Assembly (NCBI RefSeq): GCF_009914755.1
Contig: NC_060938.1
Direction: 5' to 3' (one strand)
DNA: 64,000 nucleotides
DNA from: the human T2T-CHM13v2.0 reference genome, Homo sapiens
Part shown: in pieces, positions 50,601 to 64,000 of the stretch
How the letters are laid out: the number at the start of each line of letters is the position of its first letter
Position numbering within the stretch: position 1 is the first letter of the stretch
Position numbers and translations under genes: made by a program
The notes under the pieces: generated by a model
The model's input: the letters and a program-made list of their open reading frames with translations, nothing else
Told to the model about the DNA's origin: nothing
Databases searched by the model: none

Positions 50601-53600
50601 AGATTCCACAGAAAGACTGTTTCAAAACTGCTCTGTCAATAGAAAGGTTCAACTCTGTTAGCTGCGTGCATATATCCCAAAGAAGATTCTGAGATTGCTT
50701 CTGTCTAGTTTTTATGGGAAGATATTTCCCTTTTCACCGTAGGCGTCAAGGCGCTCCAAATGTCCACTTCCAGATACTACAAAAAGAGTGTTTCAAACCT
50801 ACTCTGTGAAAGGGAATATTCAACTCTGTGACTTGAATGCACATATCACAAAGAAGTTTCTGAGAATGCTTCTGTCGAGATTTTATATGAAGATATTCCC
50901 GTTTCCAACGAAATCCTGAAATCTATCCAAATATCCCCTCGCAGATTCTACAGAAAGAGTGTTTCAAAACTGCTCTGTAAAAAGAAAGGTTCAACTCTGT
51001 TACTTGAGTACACACATCAGAAACAAGTTTCACAGAATGCTTCTTTCTAGCTTGTAGGGGAAGATATTCCCTTTATCACCATGGGCCTCAAACCGTCCGA
51101 AACGTCCACTTCCATATACTACAAAAAGAGCGTTTCAAACCTGCTCTAGGAAAGGCAATGTTCAACTCTGTGACTTGAATGCAGACATCACAGAGCAGTT
51201 TCTGAGAATGCTTCTGTCTAGATTTTATAGGAAGATATTCCCGTTTCCAACGAAATCTTCACAGCTATCCAAATATCCACTTGCAGATTCTACAAAAAGA
51301 GTGTATCAAAACTGCTCTGTCAAAAGGAAGGTTCTTCTCTGTTAGGTGAGTGCATACGTCATAAAGGAGTTTCTGAGAATGTTTCTGTCTAGTGGTTATG
51401 GGAAGATATTTGCTTTTTCACCGTAGGCCTCAGAGCGCTCCAAATATCCACTTGCACATACTACAAAAAGAGTGCCTCAAAGCTGCTCTCTGAAACGGAA
51501 TGTTCAACTCTACGAGTTGAATGCAAACATCACAAAGACGTTTCTGAGAATGCTTCTGTCTAGATTTGATATGAAGATATTCCCGTTTCCAACGAAATCT
51601 TCAAATCTATCCAAATGTCCACTTGCAGATTCAACAAAAAGTGTTTTTCAGAACTGCTCTATCAAAAGAAAGATCCACCTCTGTTAGCTGAGTTCACACA
51701 TCACAAACAAGTTTATGAGAATGCTTCTGTCTAGTTTTTATTTGAAGATATTTCCTTTCTCACCATAGAGCTGAAAGCTGTCCTAATGTTCACTTCCAGA
51801 TACTACAGAAAGAGTGTTTCAAAACTGCTGTACGAAAGGGAATGTTCAACTCTGTGACTTGAATGCACACATCACAAAGAAGTTTCTGAGGATGCTGCTG
51901 TCTACTTTTTATACGTAATCCCGTTTCCAACGAAATCCTCCAAGCTATCCAAATATCCACTTGCAGATTCCACAGAAAGACTGTTTCAAAACTGCTCTGT
52001 CAATAGAAAGGTTCAACTCTGTTAGCTGCGTGCATATATCCCAAAGAAGATTCTGAGATTGCTTCTGTCTAGTTTTTATGGGAAGATATTTCCCTTTTCA
52101 CCGTAGGCGTCAAGGCGCTCCAAATGTCCACTTCCAGATACTACAAAAGGAGTGTTTCAAACCTACTCTGTGAAAGGGAATATTCAACTCTGTGACTTGA
52201 ATGCACATATCACAAAGAAGTTTCTGAGAATGCTTCTGTCGAGATTTTATATGAAGATATTCCCGTTTCCAACGAAATCCTGAAATCTATCCAAATATCC
52301 CCTCGCAGATTCTACAGAAAGAGTGTTTCAAAACTGCTCTGTAAAAAGAAAGGTTGAACTCTGTTAGTTGAGTACACACATCACAAACAAGTTTCACAGA
52401 ATGCTTCTTTCTAGCTTGTAGGGGAAGATATTCCCTTTATCACCATGGGCCTCAAACCGTCCGAAACGTCCACTTCCATATACTACAAAGAGAGCGTTTC
52501 AAACCTGCTCTAGGAAAGGCAATGTTCAACTCTGTGACTTGAATGCAGACATCACAGAGCAGTTTCTGAGAATGCTTCTGTCTAGATTTTATAGGAAGAT
52601 ATTCCCGTTTCCAACGAAATCTTCACAGCTATCCAAATATCCACTTGCAGATTCTACAAAAAGAGTGTATCAAAACTGCTCTGTCAAAAGGAAGGTTCTT
52701 CTCTGTTAGGTAAGTGCACACGTCATAAAGGAGTTTCTGAGAATGTTTCTGTCTAGTGGTTATGGGAAGATATTTGCTTTTTCACCGTAGGCCTCAGGGC
52801 GCTCCAAATGTCCACTTGCACATGCTACAAAAAGAGTGCTTCAAAGCTGCTCTCTGAAAGGGAATGTTCAACTCTATGAGTTGAATGCAAACATCACAAA
52901 GACGTCTCTGAGAATGCTTCTGTCTAGATTTGATATGAAGATATTCCCGGTTCCAACGAAATCTTCAAATCTATCCAAATGTCCACTTGCAGATTCAACA
53001 AAAAGTGTTTTTCAGAACTGCTCTATCAAAAGAAAGATCCACCTCTGTTAGCTGAGTTCACACATCACAAACAAGTTTATGAGAATGCTTCTGTCTAGTT
53101 TTTATTTGAAGATATTTCCTTTCTCACCATAGACCTGAAAGCTGTCCTAATGTTCACTTCCAGATACTACAGAAAGAGTGTTTCAAAACTGCTGTACGAA
53201 AGGGAATGTTCAACTCTGTGACTTGAATGCACACATCACAAAGAAGTTTCTGAGGATGCTGCTGTCTACTTTTTATATGTAATCCCGTTTCCAACGAAAT
53301 CCTCCAAGCTATCCAAATATCCACTTGCAGATTCCACAGAAAGACTGTTTCAAAACTGCTCTGTCAATAGAAAGGTTCAACTCTGTTAGCTGCGTGCATA
53401 TATCCCAAAGAAGATTCTGAGATTGCTTCTGTCTAGTTTTTATGGGAAGATATTTCCCTTTTCACCGTAGGCGTCAAGGCGCTCCAAATGTCCACTTCCA
53501 GATACTACAAAAAGAGTGTTTCAAACCTACTCTGTGAAAGGGAATATTCAACTCTGTGACTTGAATGCACATATCACAAAGAAGTTTCTGAGAATGCTTC

Positions 53601-56600
53601 TGTCGAGATTTTATATGAAGATATTCCCGTTTCCAACGAAATCCTGAAATCTATCCAAATATCCCCTCGCAGATTCTACAGAAAGAGTGTTTCAAAACTG
53701 CTCTGTAAAAAGAAAGGTTCAACTCTGTTACTTGAGTACACACATCAGAAACAAGTTTCACAGAATGCTTCTTTCTAGCTTGTAGGGGAAGATATTCCCT
53801 TTATCACCATGGGCCTCAAACCGTCCGAAACGTCCACTTCCATATACTACAAAAAGAGCGTTTCAAACCTGCTCTAGGAAAGGCAATGTTCAACTCTGTG
53901 ACTTGAATGCAGACATCACAGAGCAGTTTCTGAGAATGCTTCTGTCTAGATTTTATAGGAAGATATTCCCGTTTCCAACGAAATCTTCACAGCTATCCAA
54001 ATATCCACTTGCAGATTCTACAAAAAGAGTGTATCAAAACTGCTCTGTCAAAAGGAAGGTTCTTCTCTGTTAGGTGAGTGCATACGTCATAAAGGAGTTT
54101 CTGAGAATGTTTCTGTCTAGTGGTTATGGGAAGATATTTGCTTTTTCACCGTAGGCCTCAGAGCGCTCCAAATATCCACTTGCACATACTACAAAAAGAG
54201 TGCCTCAAAGCTGCTCTCTGAAACGGAATGTTCAACTCTACGAGTTGAATGCAAACATCACAAAGACGTTTCTGAGAATGCTTCTGTCTAGATTTGATAT
54301 GAAGATATTCCCGTTTCCAACGAAATCTTCAAATCTATCCAAATGTCCACTTGCAGATTCAACAAAAAGTGTTTTTCAGAACTGCTCTATCAAAAGAAAG
54401 ATCCACCTCTGTTAGCTGAGTTCACACATCACAAACAAGTTTATGAGAATGCTTCTGTCTAGTTTTTATTTGAAGATATTTCCTTTCTCACCATAGAGCT
54501 GAAAGCTGTCCTAATGTTCACTTCCAGATACTACAGAAAGAGTGTTTCAAAACTGCTGTACGAAAGGGAATGTTCAACTCTGTGACTTGAATGCACACAT
54601 CACAAAGAAGTTTCTGAGGATGCTGCTGTCTACTTATTATACGTAATCCCGTTTCCAACGAAATCCTCCAAGCTATCCAAATATCCACTTGCAGATTCCA
54701 CAGAAAGACTCTTTCAAAACTGTTCTGTCAATAGAAAGGTTCAACTCTGTTAGCTGCGTGCATATATCCCAAAGAAGATTCTGAGATTGCTTCTGTCTAG
54801 TTTTTATGGAAGATATTTCCCTTTTCACCGTAGGCGTCAAGGCGCTCCAAATGTCCACTTCCAGATACTACAAAAAGAGTGTTTCAAACCTACTCTGTGA
54901 AAGGGAATATTCAACTCTGTGACTTGAATGCACATATCACAAAGAAGTTTCTGAGAATGCTTCTGTCGAGATTTTATATGAAGATATTCCCGTTTCCAAC
55001 GAAATCCTGAAATCTATCCAAATATCCCGTCGCAGATTCTACAGAAAGAGTGTTTCAAAACTGCTCTGTAAAAAGAAAGGTTCAACTCTGTTACTTGAGT
55101 ACACACATCACAAACAAGTTTCACAGAATGCTTCTTTCTAGCTTGTAGGGGAAGATATTCCCTTTATCACCATGGGCCTCAAACCGTCCGAAAAGTCCAC
55201 TTCCATATACTACAAAAAGAGCGTTTCAAACCTGCTCTAGGAAAGGCAATGTTCAACTCTGTGACTTGAATGCAGACATCACAGAGCAGTTTCTGAGAAT
55301 GCTTCTGTCTAGATTTTATAGGAAGATATTCCCGTTTCCAAAGAAATCTTCACAGCTATCCAAATATCCACTTGCAGATTCTACAAAAAGAGTGTATCAA
55401 AACTGCTCTGTCAAAAGGAAGGTTCTTCTCTGTTAGGTGAGTGCATACGTCATAAAGCAGTTTCTGAGAATGTTTCTGTCTAGTGGTTATGGGAAGATAT
55501 TTGCTTTTTCACCGTAGGCCTCAGAGCGGTCCAAATATCCACTTGCACATACTACAAAAAGAGTGCCTCAAAGCTGCTCTCTGAAACGGAATGTTCAACT
55601 CTATGAGTTGAATGCAAACATCACAAAGACGTTTCTGAGAATGCTTCTGTCTAGATTTGATATGAAGATATTCCCGTTTCCAACGAAATCTTCAAATCTA
55701 TCCAAATGTCCACTTGCAGATTCAACAAAAAGTGTTTTTCAGAACTGCTCTATCAAAAGAAAGATCCACCTCTGTTAGCTGAGTTCACACATCACAAACA
55801 AGTTTATGAGAATGCTTCTGTCTAGTTTTTATTTGAAGATATTTCCTTTCTCACCATAGAGCTGAAAGCTGTCCTAATGTTCACTTCCAGATACTACAGA
55901 AAGAGTGTTTCAAAACTGCTGTACGAAAGGGAATGTTCAACTCTGTGACTTGAATGCACACATCACAAAGAAGTTTCTGAGGATGCTGCTGTCTACTTTT
56001 TATACGTAATCCCGTTTCCAACGAAATCCTCCAAGCTATCCAAATATCCACTTGCAGATTCCACAGAAAGACTGTTTCAAAACTGCTCTGTCAATAGAAA
56101 GGTTCAACTCTGTTAGCTGCGTGCATATATCCCAAAGAAGATTCTGAGATTGCTTCTGTCTAGTTTTTATGGGAAGATATTTCCCTTTTCACCGTAGGCG
56201 TCAAGGCGCTCCAAATGTCCACTTCCAGATACTACAAAAGGAGTGTTTCAAACCTACTCTGTGAAAGGGAATATTCAACTCTGTGACTTGAATGCACATA
56301 TCACAAAGAAGTTTCTGAGAATGCTTCTGTCGAGATTTTATATGAAGATATTCCCGTTTCCAACGAAATCCTGAAATCTATCCAAATATCCCCTCGCAGA
56401 TTCTACAGAAAGAGTGTTTCAAAACTGCTCTGTAAAAAGAAAGGTTCAACTCTGTTAGTTGAGTACACACATCACAAACAAGTTTCACAGAATGCTTCTT
56501 TCTAGCTTGTAGGGGAAGATATTCCCTTTATCACCATGGGCCTCAAACCGTCCGAAACGTCCACTTCCATATACTACAAAGAGAGCGTTTCAAACCTGCT

Positions 56601-59300
56601 CTAGGAAAGGCAATGTTCAACTCTGTGACTTGAATGCAGACATCACAGAGCAGTTTCTGAGAATGCTTCTGTCTAGATTTTATAGGAAGATATTCCCGTT
56701 TCCAACGAAATCTTCACAGCTATCCAAATATCCACTTGCAGATTCTACAAAAAGAGTGTATCAAAACTGCTCTGTCAAAAGGAAGGTTCTTCTCTGTTAG
56801 GTAAGTGCACACGTCATAAAGGAGTTTCTGAGAATGTTTCTGTCTAGTGGTTATGGGAAGATATTTGCTTTTTCACCGTAGGCCTCAGGGCGCTCCAAAT
56901 GTCCACTTGCACATGCTACAAAAAGAGTGCTTCAAAGCTGCTCTCTGAAAGGGAATGTTCAACTCTATGAGTTGAATGCAAACATCACAAAGACGTCTCT
57001 GAGAATGCTTCTGTCTAGATTTGATATGAAGATATTCCCGGTTCCAACGAAATCTTCAAATCTATCCAAATGTCCACTTGCAGATTCAACAAAAAGTGTT
57101 TTTCAGAACTGCTCTATCAAAAGAAAGATCCACCTCTGTTAGCTGAGTTCACACATCACAAACAAGTTTATGAGAATGCTTCTGTCTAGTTTTTATTTGA
57201 AGATATTTCCTTTCTCACCATAGACCTGAAAGCTGTCCTAATGTTCACTTCCAGATACTACAGAAAGAGTGTTTCAAAACTGCTGTACGAAAGGGAATGT
57301 TCAACTCTGTGACTTGAATGCACACATCACAAAGAAGTTTCTGAGGATGCTGCTGTCTACTTTTTATATGTAATCCCGTTTCCAACGAAATCCTCCAAGC
57401 TATCCAAATATCCACTTGCAGATTCCACAGAAAGACTGTTTCAAAACTGCTCTGTCAATAGAAAGGTTCAACTCTGTTAGCTGCGTGCATATATCCCAAA
57501 GAAGATTCTGAGATTGCTTCTGTCTAGTTTTTATGGGAAGATATTTCCCTTTTCACCGTAGGCGTCAAGGCGCTCCAAATGTCCACTTCCAGATACTACA
57601 AAAAGAGTGTTTCAAACCTACTCTGTGAAAGGGAATATTCAACTCTGTGACTTGAATGCACATATCACAAAGAAGTTTCTGAGAATGCTTCTGTCGAGAT
57701 TTTATATGAAGATATTCCCGTTTCCAACGAAATCCTGAAATCTATCCAAATATCCCCTCGCAGATTCTACAGAAAGAGTGTTTCAAAACTGCTCTGTAAA
57801 AAGAAAGGTTCAACTCTGTTACTTGAGTACACACATCAGAAACAAGTTTCACAGAATGCTTCTTTCTAGCTTGTAGGGGAAGATATTCCCTTTATCACCA
57901 TGGGCCTCAAACCGTCCGAAACGTCCACTTCCATATACTACAAAAAGAGCGTTTCAAACCTGCTCTAGGAAAGGCAATGTTCAACTCTGTGACTTGAATG
58001 CAGACATCACAGAGCAGTTTCTGAGAATGCTTCTGTCTAGATTTTATAGGAAGATATTCCCGTTTCCAACGAAATCTTCACAGCTATCCAAATATCCACT
58101 TGCAGATTCTACAAAAAGAGTGTATCAAAACTGCTCTGTCAAAAGGAAGGTTCTTCTCTGTTAGGTGAGTGCATACGTCATAAAGGAGTTTCTGAGAATG
58201 TTTCTGTCTAGTGGTTATGGGAAGATATTTGCTTTTTCACCGTAGGCCTCAGAGCGCTCCAAATATCCACTTGCACATACTACAAAAAGAGTGCCTCAAA
58301 GCTGCTCTCTGAAACGGAATGTTCAACTCTACGAGTTGAATGCAAACATCACAAAGACGTTTCTGAGAATGCTTCTGTCTAGATTTGATATGAAGATATT
58401 CCCGTTTCCAACGAAATCTTCAAATCTATCCAAATGTCCACTTGCAGATTCAACAAAAAGTGTTTTTCAGAACTGCTCTATCAAAAGAAAGATCCACCTC
58501 TGTTAGCTGAGTTCACACATCACAAACAAGTTTATGAGAATGCTTCTGTCTAGTTTTTATTTGAAGATATTTCCTTTCTCACCATAGAGCTGAAAGCTGT
58601 CCTAATGTTCACTTCCAGATACTACAGAAAGAGTGTTTCAAAACTGCTGTACGAAAGGGAATGTTCAACTCTGTGACTTGAATGCACACATCACAAAGAA
58701 GTTTCTGAGGATGCTGCTGTCTACTTTTTATACGTAATCCCGTTTCCAACGAAATCCTCCAAGCTATCCAAATATCCACTTGCAGATTCCACAGAAAGAC
58801 TGTTTCAAAACTGCTCTGTCAATAGAAAGGTTCAACTCTGTTAGCTGCGTGCATATATCCCAAAGAAGATTCTGAGATTGCTTCTGTCTAGTTTTTATGG
58901 GAAGATATTTCCCTTTTCACCGTAGGCGTCAAGGCGCTCCAAATGTCCACTTCCAGATACTACAAAAGGAGTGTTTCAAACCTACTCTCTGAAAGGGAAT
59001 ATTCAACTCTGTGACTTGAATGCACATATCACAAAGAAGTTTCTGAGAATGCTTCTGTCGAGATTTTATATGAAGATATTCCCGTTTCCAACGAAATCCT
59101 GAAATCTATCCAAATATCCCCTCGCAGATTCTACAGAAAGAGTGTTTCAAAACTGCTCTGTAAAAAGAAAGGTTGAACTCTGTTAGTTGAGTACACACAT
59201 CACAAACAAGTTTCACAGAATGCTTCTTTCTAGCTTGTAGGGGAAGATATTCCCTTTATCACCATGGGCCTCAAACCGTCCGAAACGTCCACTTCCATAT
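47700..59300. repeat. Nested duplication block (offsets 6819, 4091 and 2728 bp)
   Basis: G deletion at 47989/54808 (+6819); ggtaagtgcacacg at about 49981/52709/56800; ctctacgag at about 51513/54241/58332. Confidence 0.88.
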
Positions 59301-62300
59301 ACTACAAAAAGAGCGTTTCAAACCTGCTCTAGGAAAGGCAATGTTCAACTCTGTGACTTGAATGCAGACATCACAGAGCAGTTTCTGAGAATGCTTCTGT
59401 CTAGATTTTATAGGAAGATATTCCCGTTTCCAACGAAATCTTCACAGCTATCCAAATATCCACTTGCAGATTCTACAAAAAGAGTGTATCAAAACTGCTC
59501 TGTCAAAAGGAAGGTTCTTCTCTGTTAGGTGAGTGCATACGTCATAAAGGAGTTTCTGACAATGTTTCTGTCTAGTGGTTATGGGAAGATATTTGCTTTT
59601 TCACCGTAGGCCTCAGAGCGCTCCAAATATCCACTTGCACATACTACAAAAAGAGTGCCTCAAAGCTGCTCTCTGAAACGGAATGTTCAACTCTATGAGT
59701 TGAATGCAAACATCACAAAGACGTTTCTGAGAATGCTTCTGTCTAGATTTGATATGAAGATATTCCCGTTTCCAACGAAATCTTCAAATCTATCCAAATG
59801 TCCACTTGCAGATTCAACAAAAAGTGTTTTTCAGAACTGCTCTATCAAAAGAAAGATCCACCTCTGTTAGCTGAGTTCACACATCACAAACAAGTTTATG
59901 AGAATGCTTCTGTCTAGTTTTTATTTGAAGATATTTCCTTTCTCACCATAGAGCTGAAAGCTGTCCTAATGTTCACTTCCAGATACTACAGAAAGAGTGT
60001 TTCAAAACTGCTGTACGAAAGGGAATGTTCAACTCTGTGACTTGAATGCACACATCACAAAGAAGTTTCTGAGGATGCTGCTGTTTACTTTTTATACGTA
60101 ATCCCGTTTCCAACGAAATCCTCCAAGCTATCCAAATATCCACTTGCAGATTCCACAGAAAGACTGTTTCAAAACTGCTCTGTCAATAGAAAGGTTCAAC
60201 TCTGTTAGCTGCGTGCATATATCCCAAAGAAGATTCTGAGATTGCTTCTGTCTAGTTTTTATGGGAAGATATTTCCCTTTTCACCGTAGGCGTCAAGGCG
60301 CTCCAAATGTCCACTTCCAGATACTACAAAAAGAGTGTTTCATACCTACTCTATGAAAGGGAATATTCAACTCTGTGACTTGAATGCACATATCACAAGG
60401 AAGTTTCTGAGAATGCTTCTGTCGAGATTTTATATGAAGATATTCCCGTTTCCAACGAAATCCTGAAATGTATCCAAATATCCCCTCGCAGATTCTACAA
60501 AAAGAGTGTTTCAAAACTGCTCTGTAAAAAGAAAGGTTCAACTCTGTTAGTTGAGTACACACATCACAAACAAGTTTCACAGAATGCTTCTTTCTAGCTT
60601 GTAGGGGAAGATATTCCCTTTATCACCATGGGCCTCAAACCGTCCGAAACGTCCACTTCCATATACTACAAAAAGAGCGTTTCGAACCTGCTCTATGAAA
60701 GGCAATGTTCAACTCTGTGACTTGAATGCAGACATCACAGAGCAGTTTCTGAGAATGCTTCTGTCTAGATTTTATAGGAAGATATTCCCGTTTCCAACGA
60801 AATCTTCACAGCTATCCAAATATCCACTTGCAGATTCTACAAAAAGAGTGTATCAAAAGTGCTCTGTCAAAAGGAAGGTTCTTTTCTGTTAGGTGAGTGC
60901 ATACGTCATAAAGGAGTTTCTGAGAATGTTTCTGTCTAGTGGTTATGGGAAGACATTTGCTTTTTCACCGTAGGCCACAGAGCGCTCCAAATATCCACTT
61001 GCACATACTACAAAAAGAGTGCCTCAAAGCTGCTCTCTGAAAGGGAATGTTCAACTCTATGAGTTGAATGCAAACATCGCAAAGACGTTTCTGAGAATGC
61101 TTCTGTCTAGATTTGATATGAAGATATTCCCGTTTCCAACGAAATCTTCAAATCTATCCAAATGTCCACTTGCAGATTCAACAAAAAGTGTTTTTCAGAA
61201 CTGCTCTATCAAAAGAAAGATCCACCTCTGTTAGCTGAGTTCACACATCACAAACAAGTTTATGAGAATGCTTCTGTCTAGTTTTTATTTGAAGATATTT
61301 CTTTTCTCACCATAGACCTGAAATCTGTCCTAATGTTCACTTCCAGATACTACAGAAAGAGTGTTTCAAAACTGCTGTACGAAAGGGAATGTTCAACTCT
61401 GTGACTTGAATGCACACATCACAAAGAAGTTTCTGAGGATGCTGCTGTCTACTTTTTATACGTAATCCCGTTTCCAACGAAATCCTCCAAGCTATCCAAA
61501 TATCCATTTGCAGATTCCACAGAAAGACTGTTTCAAAACTGCTCTGTCAATAGAAAGGTTCAACTCTGTTAGCTGCGTGCATATATCCCAAAGAAGATTC
61601 TGAGATTGCTTCTGTCTAGTTTTTATGGGAAGATATTTCCCTTTTCACCGTAGGTGTCAAGGCGCTCCAAATGTCCACTTCCAGATACTACAAAAAGAGT
61701 GTTTCAAACCTACTCTGTGAAAGGGAATATTCAACTCTGTGACTTGAATGCACATATCACAAAGAAGTTTCTGAGAATGCTTCTGTCGAGATTTTATATG
61801 AAGATATTCCCGTTTCCAACGAAATCCTGAAATGTATCCAAATATCCCCTCGCAGATTCTACAAAAAGAGTGTTTCAAAACTGCTCTGTAAAAAGAAAGG
61901 TTCAACTCTGTTAGTTGAGTACGCACATCACAAACAAGTTTCACAGAATGCTTCTTTCTAGCTTGTAGGGGAAGATATTCCCTTTATCACCATGGGCCTC
62001 AAACCGTCCGAAACATCCAGTTCCATATACTACAAAAAGAGCGTTTCAAACCTGCTCTAGGAAAGGCAATGTTCAACTCTGTGACTTGAATGCAGACATC
62101 ACAGAGCAGTTTCTGAGAATGCTTCTGTCTAGATTTTATAGGAAGATATTCCCGTTTCCAACGAAATCTTCACAGCTATCCAAATATCCACTTGCAGATT
62201 CTACAAAAAGAGTGTATCAAAACTGCTCTGTCAAAAGGAAGGTTCTTCTCTGTTAGGTGAGTGCATACGTCATAAAGGAGTTTCTGAGAATGTTTCTGTC

Positions 62301-64000
62301 TAGTGGTTATGGGAAGATATTTGCTTTTTCACCGTAGGCCACAGAGCACTCCAAATATCCACTTGCACATACTACAAAAAGAGTGCCTCAAAGCTGCTCT
62401 CTGAAAGGGAATGTTCAACTCTATGAGTTGAATGCAAACATCGCAAAGACGTTTCTGAGAATGCTTCTGTCTAGATTTGATATGAAGATATTCCCGTTTC
62501 CAACGAAATCTTCAAATCTATCCAAATGTCCACTTGCAGATTCAACAAAAAGTGTTTTTCAGAACTGCTCTATCAAAAGAAAGATCCACCTCTGTTAGCT
62601 GAGTTCACACATCACAAACAAGTTTATGAGAATGCTTCTGTCTAGTTTCTATTTGAAGATATTTCCTTTCTCACCATAGACCTGAAAGCTGTCCTAATGT
62701 TCACTTCCAGATACTACAGAAAGAGTGTTTCAAAACTGCTGTACGAAAGGGAATGTTCAACTCTGTGACTTGAATGCACACATCACAAAGAAGTTTCTGA
62801 GGATGCTGCTGTCTACTTTTTATACTTAATCCCGTTTCCAACGAAATCCTCCAAGCTATCCAAATATCCACTTGCAGATTTCACAGAAAGACTGTTTCAA
62901 AACTGCTCTGTCAATAGAAAGGTTCAACTCTGTTAGCTGCGTGCATATATCCCAAAGAAGATTCTGAGATTGCTTCTGTCTAGTTTTTATGGGAAGATAT
63001 TTCCCTTTTCACCGTAGGTGTCAAAGCGCTCCAAATGTCCACTTCCAGATACTACAAAAAGAGTGTTTCAAACCTACTCTGTGAAAGGGAATATTCAACT
63101 CTGTGACTTGAATGCACATATCACAAAGAAGTTTCTGAGAATGCTTCTGTCGAGATTTTATATGAAGATATTCCCGTTTCCAACGAAATCCTGAAATGTA
63201 TCCAAATATCCCCTCGCAGATTCTACAAAAAGAGTGTTTCAAAACTGCTCTGTAAAAAGAAAGGTTCAACTCTGTTAGTTGAGTACACACATCACAAACA
63301 AGTTTCACAGAATGCTTCTTTCTAGCTTTTAGGGGAAGATATTCCCTTTATCACCATGGGCCTCAAACCGTCCGAAACGTCCACTTCCATATACTACAAA
63401 AAGAGCGTTTCAAACCTGCTCTAGGAAAGGCAATGTTCAACTCTGTGACTTGAATGCAGACATCACAGAGCAGTTTCTGAGAATGCTTCTGTCTAGATTT
63501 TATAGGAAGATATTCCCGTTTCCAAAGAAATCTTCACAGCTATCCAAATATCCACTTGCAGATTCTACAAAAAGAGTGTATCAAAACTGCTCTGTCAAAA
63601 GGAAGGTTCTTCTCTGTTAGGTGAGTGCATACGTCATAAAGGAGTTTCTGAGAATGTTTCTGTCTAGTGGTTATGGGAAGATATTTGCTTTTTCACCGTA
63701 GGCCTCAGAGCGCTCCAAATATCCACTTGCACATACTACAAAAAGAGTGCCTCAAAGCTGCTCTCTGAAACCGAATGTTCAACTCTATGAGTTGAATGCA
63801 AACATCACAAAGACGTTTCTGAGAATGCTTCTGTCTAGATTTGATATGAAGATATTCCCGTTTCCAACGAAATCTTCAAATCTATCCAAATGTCCACTTG
63901 CAGATTCAACAAAAAGTGTTTTTCAGAACTGCTCTATCAAAAGAAAGATCCACCTCTGTTAGCTGAGTTCACACATCACAAACAAGTTTATGAGAATGCT

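Larger units (their letters stand above)
1..64000 (-). repeat. Centromeric alpha-satellite HOR array, 8 x ~171 bp monomers, 1364-bp unit, SF2-like dimeric type, probably D14Z9/D22Z1
   Basis: ~171-bp recurring motifs (gttcaactctgtga, gtttctgagaatgcttctgtctag). Near-identical sequence recurs every 1364 bp (ORF starts 1364, 2728, 4092, 5456...). CENP-B boxes read TTTCGTTGGAAACGGGA on the minus strand in every second monomer. The alpha-satellite call is essentially certain; the chr14/22 assignment is about 0.7 and rests on recalled unit size and SF2 character. Confidence 0.99.

Noticed and set aside
91-63872. Regularly spaced 17-30 bp direct repeat resembling a CRISPR array
   Set aside because: The repeat is the CENP-B box. 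The intervening sequences are about 320 bp and themselves repeated, and there are no cas genes.
324-63962. About 100 short ORFs (61-113 aa) recurring on both strands
   Set aside because: They are translations of alpha satellite. They appear, extend or vanish with single SNPs and indels, many use GTG/TTG starts, and none shows a recognisable domain or gene context.
1-64000. A novel gene system, transposon insertion or inversion hidden in the array
   Set aside because: The HOR register is fully accounted for by 1364-bp steps, five 1-bp deletions and one 680-bp deletion. That leaves no room for foreign DNA, and all boxes share one orientation.

Overview
The whole 64 kb is one uninterrupted, single-orientation primate alpha-satellite array, almost certainly a live human centromere. 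The unit is an 8-monomer higher-order repeat (HOR) of 1364 bp (dimers of 342+338+342+342 bp), with CENP-B-box monomers alternating with pJalpha-type monomers. The dimeric pattern, XbaI sites and unit length fit suprachromosomal family 2 (SF2), most likely the chr14/chr22 array D14Z9/D22Z1; this assignment is from recall, not a search. There are 46 full HOR copies, one 684-bp 4-mer variant and a terminal partial copy. I see no genes, RNA genes, transposons, inversions or CRISPR arrays, and all ORFs in the track are satellite artefacts. I found no new gene system. The real structure is the array's recent history: a 4-mer deletion whose junction lies on a CENP-B box, nested multi-HOR duplications (2, 3/5 and 6 units), a haplotype domain switch at about 34-37 kb, propagated CENP-B box knock-outs and apparent conversion patches. 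Units are numbered U1-U48, with starts at about 0, 1364, 2728 and so on. All variant calls were made by eye and may be incomplete.
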